DNA from: the human T2T-CHM13v2.0 reference genome, Homo sapiens
Strand: one strand, 5' to 3'
NCBI RefSeq assembly: GCF_009914755.1
Contig: NC_060947.1
Length of the DNA stretch: 64,000 bases
The position numbers were made by a program, and so were the translations under genes. This document shows positions 1 through 14,274 of this stretch, piece by piece. How positions within the stretch are numbered: position 1 is the stretch's first letter; the number at the start of each line of letters is the position of its first letter. The notes below the pieces were generated by a model, which was not told the DNA's origin, made no database searches, and saw only the letters and a list, made by a program, of their open reading frames with translations.

Positions 1-1962
1 GGAAGGAGCTCACATCCTGCAAAGGATAGCTGAGGAGCCCAGTGTTCCAGCTGGGCCAAGAAGGACTGGTCAAAGTTGCTGTTCTGGTTAAGTAGCATGT
101 GCAAAGGCCCTGGGGTGGGCAGATAAGGAACAGGTTCTGGGGCTGCTGAACAGCAGGGATGGGCTGTGAGGATAGGGACAGGTGAGACCGGAACAGCCTC
201 CAGAACTGTGAGCAATAAATTTCTGTTGTTTATAAGCCACCCAGTTTATGGTATTTTAAAGCCGAATCAAAGGACGGTGATAACTGAGGCAGCCACAAGA
301 AGGAAAATGGGGCTGGGGTGAAGAAAATGAAGCAGAGAGCTGAACCAAAGCCACAGCCCTGAGAAAGCGATGATGTAAGGGAAGGAAAGACGCACCGGGG
401 AGAGATATTTAGATGTAAATCTGACCAGACTAGATGTCCAGATTAGATTAGAGGGGAGGAGGTGGGACGGGTGGGTGAGTGGTTTTCCCTCTGAATGTTT
501 AGAGGCAGCTGTGTTTAAGGAGGCTTAAGGTGTTTACTCAGTGTCCTGGGACCAGAAAGAGACTCCAGAAAGCCTGGGGCCCGGCAGAGTTTGGGCCATG
601 ATGTCATTCACACAGGGAGTCTGGCTGCAGCCTGTCTGGGGTGAGGTCCCCACTGCGGCTTGTCTCCTAGGCAACCGACTCTGCTGAGAAACACGCAGTA
701 ATGACTCTCTAGATTTGCAGGTTACCAAGCAGTTGCACATATATCTTTGTCTCATTTAATTGTCCCAGTGGGAATTATCCCCATTCTACAGATGAAGCCA
801 CTGAGGCCTCAAGGCTCAGAGAGGTAGGGTATCTTCTCTCAGGCCAAGGAGATGGCAGAGCCAGGCCTGGAACCCAGTGGTCCTAATCCCTAGCCAAGTC
901 TTCTCTCCAACACACTTTCCTGCGTTCTAGTCTCATAGCTCCCTTAAGAGCTATTTCTATTGAATCCAGTTCACAAGTATTTGCAGAGCTCCTCTGTGAG
1001 GTGGGCAGGTGTGGCAGGCTTCAGGTGAAGTTGCAGGCATCTCTGGGTTTTTGGGTGGGGGACCCTGAGAGAAGTGTGTTAAGAGTGTGAGTAGTATGAT
1101 GGGCTGAAAGTGGAGGGGAGGGTCACCAAGATCAGAATCATCAATCAGAAACAGGTCCCTGAAGGCAGACCATCAGGACGACAAGGATCATGGGCAAAGG
1201 CCCATCAAGGCAAGTGTCAAGTTCACAGATAACTTGATAACAGGCCTCTCTGCTATCTCCCTCTTCTGGTGCCAGATGTTCATGAACTTGACCTCACCAT
1301 TCTGGTTTTGTTTTGTTTATTGTCCCCACCGCACTGCAAGGACCTCCCCTCCCCCTACCACGCCCTTCTTTGTCCATTCCCTCTTCCAGGAATAGGTGGC
1401 CAGGGTAGTACCAGGACCCAGAGAGGAGCTATTAATTCCAGCCTCTTATTTCCTTCCTCAGCTCCCTTTGCCTCCGGAACACCTAAGCACTTTCTGTGAC
1501 AAGCTCTCTAAATGATTGGAACTTTCTCCCAAATCAGCACTTTTTCATGCTACATTAGCATTTATTGGTTTGATATTTACATTTGGCAAAGGAGCACCCA
1601 GTCCCTGGGTCCCTGGGAGCACACACCATCAACTGAAACAGACGCTAATTGCCATTCATTGCTCTCCCTTCACCCCCTCAGCCCCGCCCCCATCCGCCAT
1701 CTGCTTTGTCCTCCCCCCACCCCCAGTCCAGTAAAAGAAAGTTCTGAAGGGTTACCTTTACAGACCAAAAGTTCTGCAGGGGCCCTGCAGAGAGGAGAGA
1801 GGTATTCCCTACACAAAAGTCCTGGCAGGACCGATCTGAATTTGCATTGCAATAATGCATGTGTATGATAGCTCTCCTTTGGAGTATAAATTCCTTGAGG
1901 GCAGGAATCTATTTTGGTTCTTTGAATTTTTCCACATTCTCCTCCAAGACCAATGATCAAGC

Positions 1963-2843
<881 letters not shown>

Positions 2844-3079
2844 AAGCTAGGCAAATAGTAGTTTCTCTAAGAGCATTTGTCTACTCTGAAATTAGTAGAA
2901 AGTTCCTCCCTCCCTCTGTCTGGCAGCTGCAGTGAAAGACAGTGAAGGAATTATCCAGGGAATCACTAGGAGAATGGAGACCACATGGAAAGGAGGTAAG
3001 TTCTCCCTTTTCCCTTTCAAAATCCCCTACAGATTTGACCAAGGAGCCTAGCCCTGCAAGGTTGTGGTGGAAGGAGGAA

Positions 3080-3310
3080 GCTGTGTGGTAATGTGGTTAG
3101 AGCTCAGCTAGAACTGGCTCCAAAAGTCGGCGTTGCTATGTGACTAGTGCTGGGCTGTTTACTCCACCTCTCTGGGCCTCAGTTTCCTTTTTGGTAAAAT
3201 CACACTTCTGATCGTTTCTTTCCTCATGGGCTGGTGGTGAAGATGAAGTGAGATCAGGCATGTATGTAATGGGCTTAGGGCACCCTGCCAGGCACACAAT
3301 AGGCTTAGGA
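3080..3310 (+). mobile_element. MIR SINE fragment
   Basis: MIR core-like CCTCTCTGGGCCTCAGTTTCCTTTTTGGTAAAAT. Confidence 0.6.
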
Positions 3311-3456
3311 GATGTTGGTTCCTGGTATTTCTTCAGACCTTTGGGCCCCATGCTTTGTGAGAGTGGAGTCTAAGTGTAAATTATAATTCCCAAGGGTGTC
3401 TCAGTATATTTATGCTGTCCCCTGTGGTTTTGAAGGGCAGGCTCTCACATCAGCCT

Positions 3457-3620
3457 CAGAGCTTTGCTACTCAAAGTAGGGCCTGCAGACCAGCAGCAGC
3501 AGCTTCACCATCACCCAGGGGGCTGTTAGAAAGGCCCACTCTAGACCTGCTGAATCCAAATCTGCGTTTTAAGAAGATCCCCCAGTGACTCATATGCACA
3601 TTAAAGTTTGAGAAGCACTT
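3457..3620. mobile_element. MER5A-family hAT-Charlie MITE
   Basis: CTACTCAAAGT...CACATTAAAGTTTGAGAAGCACT resembles MER5A/MER5A1. Confidence 0.75.
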
Positions 3621-5349
3621 TAGAAACCCCCTGTGAGATATGCAATGTGGAAATGACTGCTCCCAATTTGAGGATGCAAAAATTTCCTCAAAGAATTGAT
3701 GACATACTTTCCCCAATCCCATGAACATCTAGAAGAGAGAAGAGGGTTTGTAACTCCTGTGTGTCCTGGAAACTTCTCTCTACCCGTGGTTCTTCCTTGA
3801 AGGCTCAGCACACTCCAGTGAAAGGCAGAGATGAGTGGGCAAAGAGACTAGGGTTTCATCTGCAGGCACATATCCAGGAAGCGGGCAGGGATGCCTGCCG
3901 GCTGTCTGTATCTGGAGTTCACCAGGAGGAGTTTGGGATATTGGCCTATCGGCTTGAGTTGGGATAACAAGAAGGCAGGAGAAAAACGTCATGTCAACAG
4001 AGACAAACATTTTTTTGTTAAAATAGAATTTTCAAAAGTTTAAAAAGCTTGACTCTCATGCAAATATAAAATGATCACGTCAAAGATTTGATTTAGCTCA
4101 TTAATTAATGAAGAAACCTGCAAGATGTTAAAACTTATACCCATGAAAATGGGAGTAACTAGTATTTATAGGCAATTTAATAGAAGAATGTTAGGATGAG
4201 ATGGCTGGGTTGGAAATTATTTGCATTTCTATCGGACAAAAATGTAAAAGTTAACCTCTGCCCCTGCAGGGGCAATCAAGAGTGCAAGCCCAGCTTTGCA
4301 CTGCAAGAACACCCAATAATCTCTTTTGCCTATTTCCAATTTGGGTTAATTTTTTCTGACACTACCCTCTGCTAGTCCTTGAGAATCCGGAAATAGCTGT
4401 TGCTTGAGAATTACCCTTGGAATGGAATGTGGGCCTTGGAAGAAAGGGGGAAAGAAAAGATGAAAGAACCCCTCTTCTACCAGATCTGGAGTGTCCTTAC
4501 CCGTCTACCTTCGCTGAGTCCTTCAAAGCACAGTGCAACTGCTCCCAGAGGGCATGAGTTGGCATCATGCAGAGGGGAATGATGGCTCACAGGAGGGACA
4601 CAAGGCAGCCTGCTCCTGACTCCTATTCTCTGTAACCTTGGCCGTTGCGCAGAGGGAGATGATGTATCTGCAAACATATGCAGCCTTGTCCAAAATATTT
4701 TCCCCTCCTATGTAGTTCTTGCCAATATTGTTAATCTGTGGGTTGACTTCAGACCAAAATAAATCTCCAGGCCCTGGCCACCAGCTAGCTAATTTTACTT
4801 TGTAACCAGGGAATAGAAAGTGCGGGCCCTCAGCCGACCATTCTGTGTTTATTTTGTTTTCTCTCTGCTGCAGTTTAAAATCACATTTGGAAAAGTAGAC
4901 CCTTTATGCAAAAGAACAGACACTGAGAGAAACAGCAACAGAGATGGATGGATTAAAAACGGCAAGTTCTATCATCGCCACCCCCCCGCCCCGCCACATA
5001 CTTTTCTCTCTTTTCAGGATTCTGATGGTGCCTGTTGGCTGCTTCCGTGATGTCTGGAGTTGCAAAATGTGCCAGAAAGCAGAAGGATACACCGCTATTC
5101 AGAGAGGATTTTCTTAGGGACTTGAAGAAATTGACCTCAAAATTTCAGTAGATGAGAGGACTGTGGCTGGCCTGTGTCTTTGGCACTGGGTACATTCTGT
5201 CATTCTTGTTGTACCTACATAAGAGAATTTAACTCTGGGTTCTCCCTGACTAATTCCAGAGGAAGTAAATGGGTAGACCTTTAACACTTCTGTGCCAGAA
5301 GTGGGACAGAAGGGACCTTGGAGGGCATCTAGTCCAACCTTGCCAGCTG

Positions 5350-5600
5350 AGAAGCAGGATTACCTGGTGGTTGGGAGCACAGACTTGAAGCCACATAGCC
5401 CCAGTTTGAAACTGACTCCACCGCTTACTAGCAGTATGACCTTGGACAAGTTACTAACCTCTGCCTCAGTTTCCTCATCTGTAAGGTGGGGATGGCAATA
5501 ATTGTCGTTGCATCATGGGACTCTAGTGGGGGACTAAATGAGTTAACACATGTAAAGCACCAAGAACCTGCAAGGCATACAGTAAGCCCTTGATAAGATA
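5350..5600 (+). mobile_element. MIR SINE
   Basis: TGACCTTGGACAAGTTACTAACCTCTGCCTCAGTTTCCTCATCTGTAA core. Confidence 0.75.
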
Positions 5601-6672
5601 AAGAAATGAGGCTCAGAGAGGAGGAGCAACCTCCCCAAGGTCACTCAGGGAATTGGCAAACTTAATTGGATTCAATGAAAAAAGAAAAGAGGTTATTGCC
5701 TCTTGGAAATTTTGACTAATAACTGTTTTCTTTGCCTGTGTTACATCATCCTGGCCGAACACTTGGAGAGAATTCTAATGTGGAAGTCAGGGCAGTGCAT
5801 TCTGTTGCGGGTGCACCTCTCACTGATGGTGGCCCTAGTTTTGGGCTGGATGGTCTCTGGGATTCCTGTCAGTACTAACATCTTATAATTCAAAATCAGG
5901 GTCTGCACTCTCCATTCAAGCCAAGCCTGTCTTTTCCTACAACACTCTTTGCACTCTTTGTTTCCCTCCCCTGCCAACCCCCACCATTTTCCTCTGACAT
6001 TTTGCCCACTGTATCTCACAGGCATCAACAACCAGTTTCCCCTTGGCTTTCTGACTCTGCCCCCCTCCTCATTATTCCCTCCCCTTTTCTCCTCTGCTAG
6101 GGCAATTATGGTCATCAACTGCCCCACACCTTAGCCCTGCAGTTGGCATATTTAAGTTGATTATACATGATCAGTCTTGTAGGTTCCTTGAAAGTTACCA
6201 TGTTGGCAGCTTGAAAGTAGGGATTTCATTTATTCCTTATCATGACCCACTTTGAGGGCCTGATAGAGTGCCCTTGGCAGGGTTATCCTTTATGGTTTGT
6301 TGACTGACGCCAAAACGATTGGAAATATTGGATGAAATCTTACATTATCAAGACTCTTTCTAGTACATTCAGTACAGCTGTCATTGATGTCCTTTGTTTG
6401 CAAGGAAGCCAGTATTGTCAAACTCTAAAACCCAACAAAAAGGATATTTTAAAACAATTATAATTTTAAACTTGAAAATGTCCAGCTGGGACACAGGAGT
6501 ACGTTAGATACTTCTCCTGCCACCCTCCTTTCTCCTCAACATCATCCCACCCCACTCTCCCTAATATACAGGCCCAAGTCAAATGTTACATTACCACCTA
6601 TTGGTTAAATGAGCCATTGCAGCCCAGCTCTACAAGACATTGTAAATTTCTGGGTAGCAGTGAGTGGTGTAG

Positions 6673-6789
6673 ATCCTTTTATGGTTCATAAGTATGTTGA
6701 TTATGTTTTCATGCTATTGTGTGAGATGTACCTCCCTCAAACCTTGTTATGATGTCAGCACATTATCCATCTGATGTGAAAAAAAAAAA
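6673..6789 (+). pseudogene. U13 (SNORD13) C/D-box snoRNA retropseudogene
   Basis: ATCCTTTTATGGTTCATAAG...TGTGTGAGATGTACCTCCCTCAAACCTTGTTATGATGTCAGCACATTATCCATCTGA is colinear with human U13. It is followed by an A tract (6779-6789) and flanked by repeated GTGAGTGG. Box C is mutated (TGTTGA). Confidence 0.88.
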
Positions 6790-7163
6790 TGGTGAGTGGA
6801 GAGTGAAATGCTGGGAGCTGAGAAGGTAGAGTCAGGTATGGCCCAGAGAAATATATTTTGGATTAGGCAGATCCCAAGGAAATAGTGAGGGCTAATAGCA
6901 GAGGGAGTCGTAGAGTACAAAAGAAATGACTAAGCACTTTAGGGGCTGCAGAGGAAAAGTAAACAGCTATTTGGGGACACCAACTTCTGCACTGCGTACT
7001 AATACTAGTGTAAATATAGCAAGGCCCAGTGTATATATAACAATGCAGATATAGTTGGCTGACCACCAATGTAATCCTGCTTTTCCCAAACCTTTTTCCC
7101 TAAAGTTGTTGGAGCCCAATGAAAAATTCTACATTGAAGACTAAGGGAAAAAGAGGTTTCATT

Positions 7164-7751
7164 ATAGAGCTGGGACTGATTGCATTTTCAAAAGGTGGCT
7201 GCAACAATATCCCACACACTTTTCTGCTGTATAATCTGCCACTTCTCCATCAAGTAGAGGAGACAATTTCTCCCCTCCTTTGAATCTGAGTGAGTTCTGT
7301 GACTGTTTTGACTGATAGAATGATGTGGAAGACAGACTGTGTGACCTGAAAGGTGAGGTCACAGAAAGCCTTGCAACTTCCACCTGGCCTGTGAAGAACA
7401 CTTGCTCTTGGGATACTCCTTCTTGGAACCCAGCCACCATGCTGTAAGAAGCCCAATCTACATGCAGACACCACATATAAGGCATCGTAGTCAACAGCCA
7501 CAGTTAAGTTCCCAGCCGGCAGCCAACATCAACTACCAGTCTTGTGAGTGAGCTATCTTGGACATCCAGCTTGGTTAAACCTTCAGATGACTCCAGCCCC
7601 AGCTGACACCTGACTGCAACCACATGAGAAACCAGGAATGAAAATCCACCAGCTGAGCCCAGTCAACTCATAGAACTGTGAGAGATAATAATAAGTTGTG
7701 GTACTAAGCCACTAGGATTGGGGCACCATGCAATAATAGGTAACCAAGACA
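7164..7751 (+). mobile_element. MLT1 (G/H-like) MaLR solo LTR
   Basis: TGGAACCCAGCCACCATGCTGT, AGAACTGTGAGAGATAATAA and a ...TAACCAAGACA end. Confidence 0.75.
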
Positions 7752-8171
7752 GTAGCAACTTTGGTTAGACACATGAGCCATGGGATGACACATAATTAGG
7801 TATATTTTTAAAAACTTGGATTCAGCTTTAGGGCAATGTGTCCCTAACATAGAGAGGCACTATTTCAGTTCACATCTGCTGCCTCTGATCAAAACACTCT
7901 CTTGCACTTCCAGAGAGAGAGAGAGAGAGAGCAAATGTGTGTATTTACTGACAGGTGTCCCTTTGTGTCCCCATCTGTGTGACTGTGGAGCTCAGTGTCT
8001 CTCACACATTCTAGTATGATACTTGGTGCCATATTTGCAGGTCCTGAGGTAAGAACCCATGCTGTTGTCTTCAGAGAGTTTCATGGGTTGGACTGTGCCA
8101 TATATGGGCAAAAATCCACCCACACGTTTTCTTTTAATCACCTTTATGGATGTATAATTTACATATATACT

Positions 8172-8559
<388 letters not shown>

Positions 8560-8562
8560 TAA

Positions 8563-8931
<369 letters not shown>

Positions 8932-9361
8932 TATAGAACATTTTAATCACCCCAGAGATGTGCCCCCTGTGCAGCCAGTTCCCTCCTCTCACCCCCCAGC
9001 CCCTGGCAAGCATTGATTTGCTTTGCCACTATCAATCAATTTTTGTCTTTTCTGGTATTTCATATGAATGGAATCATATAGGATAGATTTTTATGTGACT
9101 ACACACTATTTTAGCATAATATTTTTGAAGTTCTTCCATGTTGTTGTGTATATCTATAGTTAATTTCTTTTTCTCACTGAATTGTATACCACTGTATGAT
9201 GTATCACAATTTGTTTATTCATTCTCCCGTTGCTGGACATTTGGACTGTTTATTGTTTGGGGCTACTATGAATAAAACTGCTATGGATGTTTATGTACAA
9301 GATTTTGTGGACATACGTTTTTATTTCTTTTCGGTAAATATCTAAGAGTGCTATTACTGGG

Positions 9362-9749
9362 TATATTAGTCCATTTTCATACTGCTATAAAGAACTTCCC
9401 GAGACTGGGTAATTTATAAAGGAAAGAGGTTTAATTGACTCACAGTTCAGTACGGCTGGGGAGGCCTCAGGAAACTTATAATCATGGCAGAAGGTGAAGG
9501 GGAAGCAAGGCATCTTCTTCGCAAGGTGGCAGGAAGGAGAAGTGCCAACTGAAGGGGAAAGATCCCCTTATAAAACCATCAGATCTCTTGAGAACTCACT
9601 CACTATCATGAGAACAGCATGGGGGAAACTGCCCCCATGATTCAATTACTCTGCCTGGTCTCTCCCTTGACATATGGGGATTATGGGGATAATGGGGATT
9701 ACAATTCATGATGAGATTTGGGTGGGGACACAAAGCTTAACCATATCAC
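9362..9749 (-). mobile_element. THE1 (C/D-like) MaLR LTR
   Basis: TATTAGTCCATTTTCATACTGCTATAAAG...AACCATATCA. Confidence 0.88.
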
Positions 9750-10872
9750 TGGGTTATATGATGTGTATATTTAACTTCATAAGAAACTGACAAATTTTTT
9801 ACATACCAGCAAAGTATGAGAGTTCCAGTTACTCCATATTTTTATCAACACTTGACATAATCGGTCTTTTTACTTGTGGCATCCTTGGTGAGTCTAATGG
9901 CATCTCATTTGCCCACAGGTTTTTAACTGCCTACCCAACTAGGATGTCAGCAGGGATTTTTTTCACTGTTACATCCCTAGCCCCTGGAATAGCATGTAAT
10001 AAATATTTTTGGAATGAATGGGTTCATGTCTCTGAGCTTCTGTGTTTTTCTGAAATATTGATTTCTCTAAGGGGTATTGTGCACAGAGGATTTATGTACT
10101 TATAATTGTGAGAGATACTGTCAAATTGCTTGCTTTTCAAAAAATGCTGAACCAACTTACTCTCCCACCAACACTGGTTATTGTAAATTGTTTACATTTT
10201 TCTGCCAATCAAACAAGTTAAAAATAGTATTTCATTGTGGTTTTAATTTTGCATTCTCCTTATCATTGGGCAAAATCAAGCATCTTTTTGTATGTCTATG
10301 GGTCTTTTATACTTCTTCATCTGTGATTTGTGTTCCTATATTTTGCTTATTTCTTATTAGACTATTTTTCTAATTAATTTATAGAAACTCTATGCTTATT
10401 GGTGATAGTAACATTTTGTCTGTGATGTATGTTGCAAACATTTTGTAGAGTGACAAGCAGAATGGTCCAGTGATGACTCCAGAACCTTTCTCATGTTGCC
10501 TGCTTGAGATGAGAGTCCCTCCTTCCCCCTAGTTGAAGTGGCTGTGACAAACCCAAATTGTTCTGGACTGAGGGCTCTCCTTTTTCCAGCATGTTTGCTC
10601 CCATATCCTGACTGTTTATTCCCTGTATGCAAAGCCACTCCAAGCTTACACAATTAAAAGATGGTGAACCAGGGTGGGGAGGCATGGGCCACTTCCCTGG
10701 ATCACAATGGGCTGTGCTTCATGCTGCCGAGTGTTTACTTGAAAACTTCCCCAATAAAACCTGCTCCTTATACATAGTGGCATTTACCTTTATCTTCTCC
10801 AGGCAGTTTCTTCCAATCTGTCATTTATTGTAGACATTGTTTATGCTTCTTTTTTCATACACAAGGTTTTAC

Positions 10873-11004
10873 TTTTTTTTTTTTTAAAAAGACAAGGTCT
10901 CACTATGTTGCTCAGGCTGGCCTCAAACTCCTGGGCTCAAGCAATTCTCCTGCCTCAGCCTCCCAAGTAGCTGGGATTACAGGCACATGCCACCACACCC
11001 AGCT
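10873..11004 (-). mobile_element. FLAM Alu monomer
   Basis: Single arm; TSD AAGGTTTT(A/G)CTTT. Confidence 0.85.
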
Positions 11005-11253
11005 TAAGGTTTTGCTTTTATATAGTTAAATCTGTCAGTCTTTTCCATGACTTCTGGATTTCATGGCTTGCCTAGGAAGGCTTTTCTCACCCCAATAGTG
11101 TAAAAAATTATTTTATATTTTTCTCTAGTACTTTTTGAGGTTTCTAATGTTTGGCTCCTTCATCTGTCTGGAATACACTATTGGATGTAGGGATGCCAAC
11201 CTTCCAGGGATCAACAACAATGTTTCTGTCCTTGGAGCTGATTGTAATGTTAC

Positions 11254-11750
11254 TGTACTCCACTTGTTGTTTATTGCTGTATGACATATTATATCAAAAT
11301 TTAATGGCTTAAAACAAAACAAACATTTATTACCTCATAGTTTCTGTGGGTTAAGAATTCAGGAGCAATTTAACTGGGTAGTACTAGCTCAGGGTCTCTC
11401 ATGATATTACAGTCAGGATGTTGGCTGGGGCTGCTATCATCTGAAGGCTTGACTGTGGCCAAAGGATTCACCTCCAAGATAGTTCACTTCCACTGCTCTT
11501 GGCAAGAGGTCTCAGTTCCTTACCACATGGGCCTCTCCCTGGGGCTACTTGAGCATCCTCACAATATGGCAGCTGGCTTCTCCCAGATAGGTTGATCCAT
11601 GAGAGAACAGGGCCAAAGCCAAAAAGTCTTTGAAAATTCGGCCTCAGAAGTCATACTCACAACAACATCCTATTGGTCAGGGAAGGAATACACAAAGGCA
11701 TGAATAACAGGAGGTGGGGATCAGTGGCCATCCTGGAGATGGGCTATCAC
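11254..11750 (-). mobile_element. MLT1 MaLR LTR
   Basis: TGGCTTAAAACAAAACAAACATTTATTACCTCATAGTTTCTGTGGG motif. Confidence 0.75.
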
Positions 11751-12069
11751 ATGCCATCACATGCATTGTCAGGCCAACATTCTTGACTCTGTGATTCTTA
11801 GCTGTGGGTCCAAAGTACACTCAAGAACATGAAGAGCTATCAGATAACTACTCTAAATGTCTGAAGAGGAAATTGAAAATTCTGGCTATGAACATATGGG
11901 CCCCAAAGACTCTTAATTTTGCTGTTTTTGATCCAAGAGGAGAGACACATTTTTCCAAGTGAATCAATCTGAGTGACAGATGGGGCCAAGGCTTGATCCC
12001 AGCGTTTCCGATACAAATTCTATGATCTCCTCCGCTCTCCTGCAAGCACTCATTGGTCCTTGCTAATTA

Positions 12070-12550
12070 TATTGGTCAAAGTCCAGTCCAGAAAACAGAA
12101 ACTACTCTAGGTATTTTGAACAGATGGGATTTAATGCAAAAAATTATTTACACATATAACAGAGAAGCCGAAAAGGCAAATAGGAGACCGTGAGACAACC
12201 CAGAGATAAGTAACTGCAGGAAGCTTCAATCGCCCTAAAGCTGGAAGGATTTCGCGAAGAGCCAGGTCACTGGACCCCAGCAGCTGGGGTCAGCCGGCAG
12301 AAGCTAGAGATGCTGTGAGCCTGTCCACTGGGATCTGGGGCCACAGAGGAGCTCCAGCTGCTGAGGCCGAAAGCCAAAGAGAAGAAATACCCTGGCTTTT
12401 CCCTCCCTCCTGTCCTCCAGTCTCCTTCTAGTGCCTTTGACTGTTGAATGCAGCTAGATGCCAGGAAACATGTAGACAAAACAGAGAAGGGGAAGAGCAG
12501 GGAGGGGGCATCTGAGGGCACGAGGCCCAGGACTGGCATGTTGGTGTTGG
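12070..12550 (-). mobile_element. Old ERV-type LTR, family uncertain
   Basis: AGTCCAGTCCAGAAAACAGAAACTACTCTAGGTATTT resembles the ends of ancient ERVL/ERV1 LTRs. Confidence 0.45.
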
Positions 12551-12554
12551 GCGT

Positions 12555-13654
12555 GTGGCAGATCTTATTTTTCCAAAATGACCAAACAATATTTCCAGCC
12601 CTACATGTTCATTTAGAACCATGACAGTCTTCTACCGTGTCAGGCCATTATTGAATTGTTATAAAGAAATACCCGAGACTGGATTTACAAAGAAAAAAGG
12701 GTTAATTGGCTTGTGGTTCTGCAGGATGTACAGGAAGCATAGCAGCATCTGCTTCTGGGGGAGCCTCAAGAAGCTTCCAATTATGGCAGAAGGCAAAGGG
12801 GAAGCAGGTGCATCACATAGCCAGAGCAGGAGCAAAAGAGAGAGAGAGAGCAGGGGTTAGATGTCACACCACACACTTTTAAACAACCAGAACTCACTAT
12901 CACAAAGACAGCACCAAGCCATGAGGGATCTGCCCCCATGATCCAAAAACCTCCCACTGGGCCCCACCTCCAGCACATTATCCTGTCTCTTGGCATCCAA
13001 TGTTTTTCCTTCAGAGCATTTTCTCAATTTGTAATTATATATTTACTTATAAGGTAATTTGTTTTATGTCTAAGGTTAAGAACTGTGCCTGTTTTATTTA
13101 AATCAAGCATATACCCATTGTCTAGCACAGTTTAGGCACCCACGAAATATGATTACAATTCAACATGAGATTTGGGTGGGGACAAATATCCCAACTATAT
13201 CACATATCAACAGGTGGAGTCTGAATCCCCATCCTTCATCCTGGGTAGGACTTTGCTATTGCCAGGATGAATAGAGTGGGGCAGAAGTGTAGCTCTGTGA
13301 CTCCTGAGGCTGAGTCATAAAAGGTGATTCAGCTTCCACCTGGCTCTCTCTTGCTTTTGGGATGCTCTCCCTTAGAATTCAGCCACCATGCTGTGAGCAA
13401 GTCCAGATCAGCCCAGCAGATAGTGCACGTGGAAAGGTAGGGTGTCACCAGGAGAGAAACTGAGGCTCCAGATGATAATCAACATAATCCTTCAGCAACC
13501 AGCCTCCATGTCTTCCATCTGAGGCTCCAGGTCTCATAGAACAGAAACAAGCTGTCTCTGCCATTCCCTCTGTGAATTGGTGGCCATAATTATTTTTATC
13601 CTTTTGCCACAAAGTCTTGGGAAAATTTGTTACACGGCTATTATAACCGGGACA
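12555..13654 (+). mobile_element. MLT1 (G/H-like) LTR split by an MST insertion
   Basis: 5' part TGTGGCAGATCTTATTTTTCCAAAATG; resumes at about 13205 with CAACAGGTGGAGTCTG...CAGCCACCATGCTGTGAG. Confidence 0.65.
12638..13203 (-). mobile_element. MST MaLR LTR containing a 175-bp foreign insert
   Basis: TATAAAGAAATACCCGAGACTGG...GCCCCACCTCCAGCAC|insert|GATTACAATTCAACATGAGATTTGGGTGGGGACA...CAACTATATCA. Confidence 0.88.
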
Positions 13655-14039
13655 GCTAGGGAGAAGGGCAGGAGGAGTTTGGGTGAATAGTTGGGGCTCA
13701 GAGCAATATCAGCCTCCTCTTGGATCTTCTCTGTTAGGATAGAATCCCAATCGATAATTGCATTTGGTTGGAGAGCCTGTGGAAGTTGGTCTCACCCCTC
13801 TGCAAATTCTTAAAACCTTGCTTTTTGACCCACCCCCTTAAATAATTCATTACTTGACTTAACACATATTTCGTGGGTGCCTAAACTGTGCTAGACAATG
13901 GGTATATGCTTGATTTAAATAAAACAGGCACAGTTCTTAACCTTAGACATAAAACAAATTACCTTATAAGTAAATATATAATTACAAATTGAGAAAATGC
14001 TCTGAAGGAAAAACATTGGATGCCAAGAGACAGGATAAT
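12977..14039. repeat. Perfect 175-bp inverted repeat (arms 12977-13151 and 13865-14039, spacer 713 bp)
   Basis: Base-by-base reading shows the arms are exact reverse complements. Confidence 0.95.
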
Positions 14040-14080
14040 AGAGGGTCTGGATTTTGTTTGGGGTGTTAGTGAAGCATCTC
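13845..14080 (-). mobile_element. L2 3' fragment (source of the inverted copy)
   Basis: ATTCATTACTTGACTTAACACATATTTCGTGGGTGCCTAAACTGTGCTAGACA resembles an antisense L2 3' end. Confidence 0.6.
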
Positions 14081-14094
14081 TTAGGAAGCGATAT

Positions 14095-14095
14095 T

Positions 14096-14134
<39 letters not shown>
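14095..14134. repeat. (CT)n microsatellite
   Basis: Directly visible. Confidence 0.9.
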
Positions 14135-14237
14135 ATCCCTCCCACCCCGGTTCTTGCACACTCTCTCTCTCCCCATTTATCCCTTAGCTTTCCTAAACTT
14201 ACTTACTTCTTTAAAGCAATGAAATGTTTCATAGTAC

Positions 14238-14239
<2 letters not shown>

Positions 14240-14274
<35 letters not shown>

